From Eledone cirrhosa (taxonomy: Eukaryota): a stretch of DNA of 64,000 bases. A program made the position numbers and the translations under genes. The first letter of the stretch is position 1. The number at the start of each line of letters is the position of its first letter. Below the pieces are notes generated by a model that ran no database searches, was not told the origin of the DNA, and saw nothing but the letters and a program-made list of their open reading frames with translations. Shown here piece after piece: positions 25,151 to 37,690 of this stretch. Location: assembly GCA_964016885.1 (NCBI GenBank), contig OZ024741.1, positions 398,598,001-398,662,000 of the forward strand, given 5' to 3'.

Positions 25151-26048
25151 CAAATGAAATTTTACAATCCACCACATCTTATTCTTCCACTTACTAGAAT
25201 GTATTCACAAGTAGGAGGTACATGGCTTAGTAGTTAGTGTTGGACTCAAGATCATATGGACATGGGTTCAATTCCTAGACTGGACAGCATGTTATGTTCT
25301 TGCAAGATCTTTTATTTCACATTGCTCTTCATGTTTTCATGATAAGACTGGGGCCTCCTACCATTAAAACACCCAAGAGATACAACCTTGTAAGAGACCA
25401 GCTAACCCTGCATGAGTGTTAGCTGTGACAACAACATATGTGTATGATAGGACTGAGGTCCCTATCATTAGAACACCTGAGATATAACCTTGTAGGAGGC
25501 CAGCTAAATCTGCATGTGTGTGAGTGATAAAACACTCAAGAAACCTCTGAGATACAACCTTGGGACCAGCTAAACTTACTTCATGGGTGAGGGCTGTAAA
25601 TCTCATTTCCTTACACTTCTATGTATACAAGGGATCACATCAAGATATTGGAGCCCTTAATCAATAAACTGAGGCCCTTATTCACTGATTTATTCAATAG
25701 AAAGACCCTGATGTTCTGTAAATATTCAATGTAATTGAATTTCACTGTGAATATGTATATAAAAATATGTTTATGTAACTACTTCTATATCTTTTTGTAT
25801 CTTAATGTATATACAATGTGTGTGTATATATGTGTGTTTATATATGTATGTATGTGAATATGATTAATGGTGTGTGTCATCATCATTTTCCACTCTAGCA
25901 TGAGTATATACATATATATGTTTATATGCATATGTTTGTAGGGATATATATGTATGTGTATATATATAAGAATAACATTAAGGAAGATGCTGTTACATAA
26001 CATCTTTCTTAAGGTTATTCTTCTACTGAATCTCCATTGTAACTACAA

Positions 26049-26428
26049 ATCATCATCATCATCATTTTACGTCTGCTTTTCCCTGCTTGCAAGGGTGGGA
26101 CGGGAACTGATTCTGGCTTGATTTCTATAGCTGGATGCCCTTCCTAACACCAACCTCATTTACAGTGAGTGCTGGGTGCTTTTTTTCCGGGGCTCCTCCA
26201 CGTCCACTTTACAGTGTGGCTTGGGTGCTTTTTTGCCGTGGCACCTCCACGACCACTTTGCAGTGGAATGATAGGGACCCCAGTCCTATCATCTCATTTT
26301 CTACAGCTGAGTAAACTGGAGCAATGTGAAATTAAGTGTCTTGCTCAAGGAAGCAACACATCAGCCGGTCTGAGAATAGAACTTATAACCTTTCGATTGC
26401 AAGGCCAATACTATAACCACTAAGCCAT
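26049..26428 (-). mobile_element. tRNA-derived SINE with RTE-like tail
   Basis: Reverse complement of the 2183-2538 family. Confidence 0.88.
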
Positions 26429-26587
26429 ATATAGAGAGCTTTCTCCTGCTTGCACCAACACAATCTCTACTGAACACACAAACATATGTATGTATATATA
26501 TATATATAGATATATATTTCGCTCGAAACTCCAACCGTCAAGGTTGTTCTTCTGCGGGTATGTCAGCATTTATAAAACAAATTTTGT

Positions 26588-26651
26588 ATTTTATCTGATG
26601 AAAGCGCACCAAAATTTGCCTTGGTTGCCCTTGAAATATATATAATAAAAT
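26588..26651 (+). ncRNA. Minimal hammerhead ribozyme motif in a short element (26516-26782) between (TA)n runs
   Basis: Stem I ATTTTAT/ATAAAAT, CTGATGA, stem II AAG..GC.ACCAA/TTGGT.GC..CTT, GAAA, palindromic TATATA, UA cleavage site. Confidence 0.65.
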
Positions 26652-26882
26652 AATTATGGTTTTATAAATATAGTTTCCATTTATTAATATAATGAATATT
26701 TACTCCACTAATTGTTGAGTGCTTTATATCAGTTATAAAACTTTTAAGTTTGTTGAATTCCAACAAATTAAATATAACCTTTGTATATATATATATATAT
26801 ATATATATCATCATTGTTGTTTTAACATCCGCTTTCCCATATGTATCATCATTTTATCATTTTACGTCCCCTTTTCCCTGCT

Positions 26883-26933
<51 letters not shown>

Positions 26934-26985
26934 ATATGCATGTATGTTTGTATATACATGTGTGTGTGTATATATATATATATAT

Positions 26986-27897
26986 GGGGGAGGGTGCTCT
27001 GAAAGTACAGTAGCCAGAGTCAGAACTGGATGGAAAAAGTTCAGAGAACTTATACCACTATTAGCCGCTAAAGGGTTCTCCCTAAAAATGAAAGGCAGGC
27101 TGTATGATGCCTGCATACGAACAGCAATGTTGCATGGCAGTGAGACCTGGGCATTGTGTGCAGAGGATATACGCAGACTAGAGAGGAATGAAGCTTGCAT
27201 GCTCCGCTGGATGTGTAATAGTAATATACGTGAACGGCAAAGCATAAACGAACTAACGGAAAAATTAGAAATAAGAGGGATCAGATGTTGTTTACTCGAG
27301 AGAAGGCTACGTTGGTATGGTCACGTGATGCGCATGAAAGACGATAGCTGTATAAAAAAGTGCAGGGCAATAAAAATAGACGGTAGCCACGGAGTAGGCA
27401 GACCCAGAAAAACCTGGGACGACTTGATAAATTCCGACCTCACACGCTTACACCTCTCCAAGACAATGTCACTGGACCGAGATCTTTGGCGCTACACAGT
27501 AATAGAGAAGACCCGCCTTACCTAAATACAAAGTAAAACCTACAGTCAGTAGGCATCTCTAACAAAATACACCCCCGTCCCATCCACACCGCCCCTTTCA
27601 ATGTAAATTTATGTTGGTACCACAACATCCAGGCCGAAACAAATGAGGTCGTGTCACAATGAGGAGGTGTCACGACAAAAAAACACACAGTCCACGCTGT
27701 AATGTGGCCGTGTAGGTAACACGGTAAAAACCTCCCAGTCCACACTGTAAATGTGGTTGGTGTTAGGAAGGGCATCCAACCGTAGAAAACCCGCCAGACA
27801 GTCCTGAGCAAGACAACCACTCTTGCCTCAAGTGGGAAAACTCCCATCCAAACCCATGCAAGCGTGGAATATGGAGGTTAAACGATGATGATGATGA
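26986..27897 (+). mobile_element. 5'-truncated RTE family A copy in (TA)n
   Basis: GGCSESTVARVRTGW...KTRLT*, 3' UTR and (GAT)n tail. Confidence 0.93.
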
Positions 27898-28255
27898 TAA
27901 TATATGTATGTATGTATGTATGTATATCTGTACTACCCTAGGTTGTATAAATAGAATAAATGGATGAAATAAACCTCAAGGTTTAGTTTTTTAAATACTT
28001 TTTATCATTTTCCTGACGTTTGTACATTACCCTATGTACTATACATACACTTTTTGATGAGTTGTAGTGCACCTGAGCACTGTACACAATATTTCATTAT
28101 TATTATTATTATTATTATAAGTATGCCACTATATTAGTGAAACAGAGCCCTAGAGTTTTCTGTGATAAACAGATATTAAACTGAATAGTTTTAAGGAGAT
28201 GGGTCCTTACATAGTGAAATATTTTCTTCTTCACTTATTCCTGAGAGACTTGTAG

Positions 28256-28630
28256 AGGCAGAGTCCTCAAACACTCCTTCCACCTGTCATGTTAGAAGCA
28301 GCTGTCTCCAACTGATCAGGCTGGATCCCCAAACAAGACCAGCCAAGCTCATGGATGTTATCCAACCATCTTGCTTGGGGTCTAACCCTGGGTCTCCTGC
28401 TGGTTGGTTTTGCCCATAAAATCTGTTCAGTGATTCTTTCCTGAGACATTCTAACCACATGTCTAATATCGGAGCTGTGATCTCTCAATTCAGAGAAGTA
28501 GCGGGTCTAACTGGAGTGACTCTCTCATCTCTGAGCTTTGCACTCTATCGAGTAATGTTTCTGCAAAGACTCTTCGGAGAAACCCCATTTCGGTTGCTAG
28601 TATTCACGATTGTATTCTTTTGTATTCAGG
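28256..28630 (-). mobile_element. Old RTE fragment of a third family
   Basis: Minus strand reads ILATEMGFLRRV...IERSQLR...HVVRMSQERI...RRPRVRPQARWLD with stops and frameshifts. Confidence 0.75.
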
Positions 28631-28680
28631 ACAATAATGAAATATCAGTCTAGAAAATCGATGAAAGAATGGTATTTAAA

Positions 28681-31600
28681 TTATTTGGACCAATCATAAG
28701 TCAGCGGCCTATGCTATCACGTCTGTTGCTTTTCGATATGATGGATGGACTAAGGAATTCTGGAGAGTCTGAAGAATCTGGACACTCAGAGACAAAACCA
28801 AAGATAACGACAAATTCACCTCATGCTGCCGGACGAAAGGGCAAGGACTCCTCTTTGTTTCGGCCGCGGATGGCCAACATAACCCCAACCCCACCCCTCA
28901 CCCCTCCCTGTGCCCCACCCACCAAACGCAATCCAAAACTTCAGAGTTGGTACCATGAATGTAGGCACCTTAAAAGGCCGCTCTAACGAGGTTGTAGAAA
29001 TGCTTGAACGTAAGGAGGTTGATGTTTGCTGTATCCAAGAGACCAGGCGGAGGGGCGGGACTGCTAGATTCATTGTGGGTAAAAAAACGATGCTATAAGC
29101 TTTTCTGGGTGGGAAATGACAATGGGATAGGTGGGGTAGGAATCATGTTAGCAGAAAGATGGGTGGATAAGATAATAGATGTAAATAGAGTAAATGACAG
29201 AATAATTAAAATAAGACTTGTTCTAAATAGAACTACTGTGCAAGTAATATCGGCATACGCGCGCCAATCCGGACTGCCTGGCGCTATAAAAGACAGATTC
29301 TATGAGACACTGATGCTCACTACCTCCCAAATAACCGACAGTGACTATATAATTATTGCTGGCGACCTAAATGGTCACGTTGGACAACATTGTGACGGCT
29401 ATGACAGAATCCACGGAGGCTATGGGTTTGGTACTAGAAATGAGGAAGGCTCCAGAATCCTGGAATTCGGTGACGCAAATAACCTAACTATCTGTAACAC
29501 TAACTTCAAAAAACAAGACAATCACTTGATCACCTACAGATCAGGGGAACATACCAGCCAGGTAGATTATATCCTTACCAGAAGACGTGACAGAGTGTCT
29601 GTTGTAAACACTAAATCCCTCTCCCATGAAGAATACACCTCTCAACATAGACTCATAATTAGCGACCTCATAGTCAGGACGAGACGTACTAGACAGCAGA
29701 TGAGGACTATCCCCAGGAGAAAAATATGGAAGCTAAAGGACCCCACAGCCAGTAATAAATTTAAAAGCATATTACTTGATGCTTTCGACAGTAAGGAAGA
29801 GCAATTAGAGTCGTACAATATAGAGGAACTGGGAATTCCTGAAAGCAAACCTGCTGATGGCGGCAGATGAAGTCTGTGGCTGGAGCAGGCCTATAGGCAG
29901 GAGGAGAGTAACGTGGTGGTGGAACAGTAAGGTGGAGGAGTCAATTAAGGCCAAAAAGCAGGCTTGGAAAGTATGGCTGGATGGGGGAAGTAGAGAAGAC
30001 TATCAAGTGGCCAGGAGGGAAGCTAGGATACAAGTGTACTTCACAAGAAGGGAAGCAGAGGAAAGAAAGTTCCAGCATGTTCTACAACGCGAGGACCAAA
30101 AACGTGAGGTGTTCAGGATTGCTAGGCAATGTGTCAAGGAAAACCGTGATATTGTCGGGGAGAAGTGTGTCCTTAATGACGATGGTGTACTTGCCATCAC
30201 TGACGCTGATAAGAAGGTAGCTTGGAAGTGTCACTACTAAAGGCTACTAAATGAGGAGAATAAATGGGAGAAAGACAGTCTCCCCCATATCGATCCAATA
30301 GAGGGACCAGCAGTATAATAAGTAAGGCAATCAAAGATATGAAGACGGGTAAGGCAGGTGGGCCTTCGGAAATAGTTGCTGAAATGCTGAAAGCTTCTGG
30401 AACGGTGGGACACACTATGGTCACCCGGATAGTAAACCAAGTCATACAGAATGGGGTTGTTCCGAAGGACTGGCGTAGCAGCATCATCATTAACTGCTAC
30501 AAGGGTAAAGGAGATGCCCTAGATAGGGGTAACTATAGAGGCATTAAATTAATCGACCAGGTCATGAAGGTCACAGAAAAAGTAATAGCGCAACTAATCA
30601 GAGAGTGAATTGATCTAGATGAAATGCAGTTCGGGTTTGTGTCAGACAAAAGTACCACAGACGCTCTTTTCATTGTACGACAACTACAGGAGAAGTACCT
30701 AGCTAAAAGTAAACCCTATACTTAGCTTTTGTCGACTTGGAGAAAGCCTTTGACAGAGTCCCCCCGTTCCATTATCTGGTGGGCTCTTAGAAAACTAGGT
30801 GTTCATGAATGGCTTGTGAGAGCTATACAAGCCATGTATAAAGAAACAGTCAGCAAGGTTAGAATTAACAACGAATATAGAGAAGACTTTAGCGTAAAAG
30901 TTGGTGTTCATCAAGGCTCCGTTCTTAGCCCCCTACTAATTATTATTGCCATTCAGGCTATAACAGTGGAGTTCAAGACCGGCTGCCCATGGGAACTCCT
31001 ATACGCAGATGATCTAACGCTCATAGCTGAATCAATGGCTGAACTAGAGAAGAAATTCCAAACATGGAAGCATGGCCTAGAATCAAAAGGCCGTAAAATT
31101 AACCTGTCTAAGACTAAAGTTCTAGTTTGTAGGAAGGAAAATAGGGCACCGGTCCCATCCGGGAAATGGCTATGTTCAGTGTGTAGGAAAGGAGTAGGCA
31201 GAAACTCCATTTTATGTCCCAAATGCAAAGTATGGGTGCATAAAAGATGTAGTGGGATCACAGGTAAGCTAACTAAGAATATAGATTTTATATGTGGCCG
31301 GTGCTCTGGTGCAATAAGTAGCAGCAAGTGCCCACAGAATACTAGCTCATTCCATTGCACAGATGGTTCTATAGAAATAGTGGACACCTTCCGCTACTTG
31401 GGTGACAAAATCAGCAGTGGTGGAGGGTGCTCTGAAAGTACAGTAGCTAGAGTCAGAACTGGATGGAAAAAGTTCAGAGAGCTTATACCACTATTAGCCG
31501 CTAAAGGGTTCTCTCTAAAAATGAAAGGCAGGCTGTATGATGCCTGCATACGAACAGCAATGTTACATGGCAGTGAGACCTGGGCATTGTTTGCAGAGGA

Positions 31601-32346
31601 TATACGCAGACTGGAGAGGAACGAAGCTTGCATGCTCCGCTGGATGTGTAATATACGTGAACGGCAAAGCATAAACGAACTAACGGAAAAATTAGAAATA
31701 AGAGGGATCAGATGTTGTTTACTCGAGAGAAGACTACGTTGGTACGGTCACGTGATGCGCATGAAAGACGACAGCTGTATAAAAAAGTGCAGAGCAATAA
31801 AAATAGACGGTAGCCACGGAGTAGGCAGACCCAGAAAAACCTGGGACGACTTGATAAATTCCGACCTCACACACTTACACCTCTCCAAGACAATGTCACT
31901 GGACCGAGATCTTTGGCGCTACACAGTAATAGAGAAGACCCGCCTTATCTAAGTACAAAGTGAAACCTACCACAGTCAGTAGGCACCTCTAACAAAAATA
32001 CACCCCGTCCCACTACCCCCACCCCATCCACACCACCCCGTTCAATGTAAAGTTATGTTGGTACCACAACATCCAGTCCGAAACAAATGAGGTCGTGTAG
32101 GTGTTACGACAAAAAAACACACAGTCCACGCTGTAATGTGGCCGTGTAGGTAACACGGTAAACACCTCCCAGTTCCACACTGTAAATGTGGTTGGTGTTA
32201 GGAAGGGCATCCAGCCGTAGAAAACCTGCCAGACAGTCCTATGCGTGAAAGACAACCACTATTGCCTCAAGTGGGAAAACTCCCGTTCAAACCCATGCAA
32301 GCGTGGAAGATAGACGTTAAACGATGATGATGATGATAATGATGAT
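28681..32346 (+). mobile_element. Near full-length RTE family A LINE with disrupted ORF
   Basis: APE (GTMNVGTL, CCIQETR, AGDLNGHVG) and RT (LLYADD) over several broken ORFs; (GAT)n tail. Confidence 0.95.
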
Positions 32347-33530
32347 GTATTGGTACGCGATGGGGCCCACCCACAGCCCCGGCGGACAGAATGGAGAAGG
32401 CGTTTCCGCGGAGGACGGCAAGGCAAGGGAGACGCGCTGGAAAAGCCACTCCAACTCACGGGGCTCACACCTGCGGCTGGCCAGCTCAGCGCCTATGGTG
32501 GTGAGTAAGGAGGTAGCCCTGGGGCCGAGGACACCAGAAGTTTCCACTGCCAGGGGTACGACCACAAACCTGTCGGAGAGCGACCGGTATTTGAGCAGTT
32601 TGCCCCCCTCATCCCGACGTGTAGCAGAACCTAGGTCAGTCGCAGACTGCACCAGGTTGCGACTGCAGAAAGTGTCGGTGCAAGTGGCATCCCTGACGAG
32701 GGGTTTGCCACCGCGGAACAGGAAGATGGTCAAGCCATCTGGCCTTTTGCCGTCCCCTCGATCCAGCCCCACCGGCTCGAGCTGGGAAGGGAAGCCTGCA
32801 GCGTCCAAGCCATGCTTAATGACCTCGTTGAGGGTAGTATGGCGTGGAATGCGGCCGGCACTGTGGCGACAGGAAAGCGGGTGGAGGCCGAAAGAGTCCA
32901 CGGTGGAACCGCAGCGACATTGGTGTGGCTGGCAGATCTCGAGGCCGAGCCTCAGGGAAACGCCGATTCGCAGGGTATGGTAGTCTAGCTGCGTGCCAGT
33001 GGAGAAGGAGGGCAGAGCATGGAGCCAGGCACCACTGTGGGGTTTGGGGGCCGCACGAAAACAAGCAAGGCAGTGCTGGTCGAGCTGGCGCGTGAGCCTG
33101 TCTGAGGCCAGGCTGCACTGGATGGCATCCCATGTGCGTTGGGGGGACTTGACGTCAACAGGAGAAGAAGGAGGAGGGACGTCTACTGGGCTAAGTCCCA
33201 GCCGGTCCCACGTCTCACAAGCGGCCTCACGTTCTCTGAACACAGAGGATTCTGTTGTGTTTTGAAGAACCCTGCTGACGAGGACGCGGCACGAGCTTAC
33301 CGACGAAAGATACGCCGGCTAAGCTAGTGAGATCGGGGATCGGAGGCCTATGCCGCCATACCTGACCGGTAAAATGGCCTGTTGCCACCCTATGTCGTCA
33401 AACTTGACGTTACATATCCCCTCGGCTGCTGCTCGGATACAAGTATCGAGGTCAGCGAGGAGAGATGTCTGGGTGTAGCATGGAGCGCTGCGGAGTGTAT
33501 AGGGGAGCTTCGGCATGGCGAAGCTCTATT
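32347..33530 (-). mobile_element. CRE-clade non-LTR retrotransposon 3' fragment with restriction-like endonuclease
   Basis: LPVRYGGIGL, SGAWLHALP, CRCG...H..SC zinc motif, RH..LN, EP, KRPDG, DAT, QRVSLA/RGNA; high GC. Confidence 0.85.
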
Positions 33531-33724
33531 CAAAACTCTCCATCTCTCCTCTCAACCCAGGATTGCAGCAAATAATTTTTAAAATGGTGATTACAAAGCA
33601 CGACTTTGTTTCTCGAAAGTCAAGTTATTAGCAACAGTTCCTGTCTTAATTAACAAAGACATAAATCAAAATCTATGATCTTTTAAAAATTCTTTATTTT
33701 CTATCTTTAAAACTTTGTTCTTCT

Positions 33725-34130
33725 GTCACGTGGCCTAATGGTAAGGGTGTTGGACTTACAATGTTAATGACATGGGTTTCATTCCTGGACTGGGTTGTGT
33801 GTTGTGTTATGGAACAAAACACTTCATTTCACATTGCTTTAGTATACTCAGATGAACATGAGTACCAGAAATAGCTGGGAGTTTAACCCTGCAATGGACT
33901 GGCATCCTGTACAGGGTGGGGTGGGGTGTCCTGTACTGTCAGTTGCTTCACACCACAAAACCTGGGTAATCACCAGCGTCATATGCCTCTGGGCTTCAGA
34001 TAGACTTTAACCCTGCGATGGACTGGCATCCTGTCCAGGGAGGAGTCTTATACTCTCAGTCGCTTCTTGCCATAGAAATTAGGATAAGTACCGGCCTGAT
34101 GAGTCTCTGGGCTTCAGACAGACTTTAGAC
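33725..34130 (+). mobile_element. tRNA-derived SINE with duplicated 3' part
   Basis: TGGCCTAATGG A box; AACCCTGCRATGGACTGGCATCCTGT occurs twice. Confidence 0.7.
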
Positions 34131-35159
34131 CTTTTTAGACCTCTGCTATATATCTGGGTAAAAATAAATAACTTTTTGTTATAATACCAGGGCCTCATGG
34201 TATCTTAGCAAAACTTTTGGAGCACATTGTACAGTATTGTATAGTAGAAGGCGCATGGCTTAGTGGCATTGGGCTTGCAATTGAAAGGTTGTGAGTTCAA
34301 TTCTCGGACTGGGTGATGTGTTGTTTACTCAACTGTAGAAATGAGATGATAGGACTAGGGTCCCTATCATTAAAATCATCCAAGGCACCTCTGAGATATA
34401 CCTTGGAGGAGGCCAGCTAAACCTGCATAGGTGTGAGCTGTAACAACAACACCAACATTGTAATAGTAGAGTCATTAGAACATTGGGGAGAATGGTTGGT
34501 GGTGTTTGTTCCAGCTCTCTTCTGACAAGGTCGACTCTGTCTTTTATCCTTTCGAGGTTGATAAAAAAATTACCAGTCAAGTACTTGGGTAGATTCTTCC
34601 TCTATATCATTTTCTTACTTCCGTTCCCTTACTCTCTTTCCTTCTCTGGAAGAAATCTGCTGTATTAAGACCTGGAGAAGAGATGAGCTCCATCAGGCAT
34701 AAAATGCCCAAGAAACATTGTATGTCACTACAGCACCTCTATAACTCCCATCAGGAATTACAGGACCATACCATATATTATAACGTGGTGTATGTCCTTT
34801 ACTGTGTATGAAGATATATATATATAGACATATTATTAGACAAAGGAACTGAGAAGGACCTGTCCAACCCATGCAAGCATGGAACAACTGAGATAGAATG
34901 ATGATGTTGATGATGATATATATATCTGTCTATCTATCTATCAAGATGGATTCAGTTTAAAAGTAGTTAGACCATTATTCAACAGAGTACTCAATACTTG
35001 GGGTAGTAGAGTGTGGTTATATTATAAAGAGTCCTGACTCTATAATCTCTCTCTCTCTCCCTCTCTCTCTCTCTCTATATATATATATATCTTATCTATC
35101 TGTCTAACTATAAATATATATATATTTATGTGTATCATCATCATCATCATCATCATATA

Positions 35160-35179
35160 TATCTCTATCTATCTATCTC

Positions 35180-35245
<66 letters not shown>

Positions 35246-35250
35246 ATATA
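35160..35250. repeat. (TCTA)n microsatellite, target of the Tx1 array
   Basis: Seen directly; the same repeat recurs at 37667-37690, 43501-43537, 43745-43760 and 49559-49631. Confidence 0.95.
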
Positions 35251-35251
35251 T

Positions 35252-37666
35252 ACCGTTGAGGGTAGGCGGCCCTCGTGTTACCTCTGCGGAACCAGAGGGA
35301 TCACCTGAGGGCTGTCTGTCCCCAACTTAATAAGAAAACTCCAATCCTGCCTACACCACCAACAACTGCACAACCGACACAATCACCACAACTACCACTA
35401 CAAAAACAACCACCACAGCTCAAACCAAAACAAAACAATGTACAACCCATCCACTCCACTCAAAAAACAAAAACAATTTCCAAAACACCCGCACCGCAAA
35501 CACAACCCGAAAATATACCCCTCCCCTCCAACGCGGAAGATGACCCTAGTTCGTCGTCAGACGAGGAGGAGCACTTCCACACAATCAAAAGAAAAGAAAG
35601 AAAACACACCTCAGACACACAAATGAAACCCCCCCCCCCCCAAAAAAAACAACATAACACTGACACCAACACAAAAGAGCTCACAACAACAGCAAACAAA
35701 AAACACCACACAAAAACAAAAACATGCATACACATACATAAACACAAGAAACAAAAAACTGTTAAACATTGTGTACAACAACAATCTAATAAAAACACAA
35801 GGGCCTAACTTCACCCAGGCAGGCGATTTCCCCCACCTCAAAATGATTAAGGCCCCACAGGACACCTATAAAACTTTAAAAAACAATTTTAAAGAGGACG
35901 TGGGTCCCCCTGTGTCGGGCCCATTAACCGCGTCCTCCTAAAAAACTACCCCACCCCCTCCCCAAACACCCACACAACTCCAAACTCCCCAACCACACAA
36001 CACACTGATGCCCCTACACTTCCACAAACCACCACCCACCCAACAACCCATCCCCCATCCTAATGGAAATTGTGCAGCCTGATACCCGGGACGCAGAGAG
36101 GTAAGTGCCTTTTCTCTTCACCACCAACATGGCTATGCTAAGAGTAGGCTGTTTGAATGCGCGTGGCCTGGGCTCAACTTGGAAGCAAGCAATGCTTCTA
36201 AATGACCTCAGGTCACAACGTATAGATGTGATGGTTATTTGCGAGGCCCGGATCAGCAACGTGCGACAGCTGGCCCCCACCTTTGATGACTTTGAGATGC
36301 ACGCATCTCTCTGTCAGCCCGGAGGTGGGGGTGGAGTTGTCGTTCTGCTGCAAAAACATCTGGGTCTCGCAACACAGATGGTACATTTGGACCTGGAGGG
36401 TCGACTAGTGGTTCTGGACCTTGGCAGTGGTAAAGGCGGAGCGTTTAGGTTGGTAGCCGCCTACGGCCCTTTCGGGTCAATGCGGCCGGACTTCTTCCAT
36501 CGTCTGGAGACTTTTCTAGGGACGTCCCGCTCCTTGCTATTAGTGGGGGACTGGAATGGTATCCTAGATGCACGCTGGGACTACGTAGGGGCCTGTCCCG
36601 ATAGAGAGGGGTGTAAAAGCCTCAAAGGGTTAATCGGTCGATTTGACCTGGCCGATAGATATCGACTAGATTTTCCGACTGCGCCAACCTGGACTTGGGA
36701 AAATCGTAGCGGATCATCTAGGTCGTACCTAGATAGGTTCTTAGTTAGAATTAAGGATAAGGAATTTTTAAGTTGTCCAAAAATGCGCATGGTTGGCTAT
36801 TCAGACCACAAATTAGTGACCTGCATGGTCAACCTTGACAGAACTCATAGACAGGGACCCGGTTACTGGAAGCTCAACTTGTCCTTACCGGCAAGTAAGG
36901 CTTACAGAGACCGGATTAGCACTTTAGTTAAGGAGCGGTTGACGGGCGCCATCGTCAACAGCAGGTGGTGGGGATCTCTCAAAAGAGAGATTAGAGTAGT
37001 CTCTATAGAATTTAGTAAGGAGTTAGCCTCAAATAGAAATAGGAAGGAAAGGGAGTTGGTAGATAGTGTAGAAGAGGCAATTAGAAGCGGCGACGATCCG
37101 GTTGACCACCGAGTCTATTGTAACGATCAAGCCGCCTCCCCTCTTCAAAAACGAAGAAGAGGCGGTGTTTCTGTGCGTAATAGCCATGGCGAAAGAGGTT
37201 GTATGGTGGACGCGTCTGAAAGGACTGAGGTCAGACACCTTTCTCTCTGGCCAACAACTGGTCCGTTTCTTCCGATATCATTTCGGAAGAAGGATCAGGA
37301 TGGAGAGAGAGGTGCTGCACCCCAGCCGTTTTTATGAAAGATGGGTGAAAGTGGCGAGAATGGCCCGTGTGAATGGGCCTTCACTCTACATCAGACTATA
37401 GGTGAGGAAGATGAAAGACCAAGGGAGCACCCCCTCTCTGTGCTCCCGAGGAAAAGGGTTGCACACTTTTTTCGGGGGTGTGTGCGACCCCCCCAAGGCG
37501 CCTCCTCTCTATTGAGGACTTTGTTATAAATTTTATTTTTTGTTATATTTTATTTTATTTTTATATATTGTTATTGCCTCCTCCCTATTGAGGACGCCTT
37601 GTTTTGTAAACTCCCCCCATTGTACTTGTCCCACTTTTGATGCCCTGGTGGCAAATAAAAGAAACA
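35252..37666 (+). mobile_element. Tx1-clade LINE copy A: 5'-truncated, RT deleted
   Basis: Starts at the ORF1 knuckle (VEGRRPSCYLC); APE ORF from 36129; jumps near 37095 to the ORF2 C-terminus; 3' UTR with AATAAA. Confidence 0.9.
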
Positions 37667-37690
37667 TATCTATATATATATCTATATATA

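Noticed and set aside
28480-28680. Alternative 5' UTR swapped onto the RTE at 28681
   Set aside because: The minus strand translates as an older RTE C-terminus (EMGFLRRV...IERSQLR), so it is flanking sequence.
29080-29100. Programmed frameshift in the RTE ORF at an A run
   Set aside because: The homologous copy near 9060 is in frame here (IVGRKRCYK), so it is a private homopolymer indel.
34090-34130. Hammerheads at CTGATGA in SINE tails (also 23707, 23908) and in the satellite at 62684
   Set aside because: No correctly placed GAAA and stem III follow.
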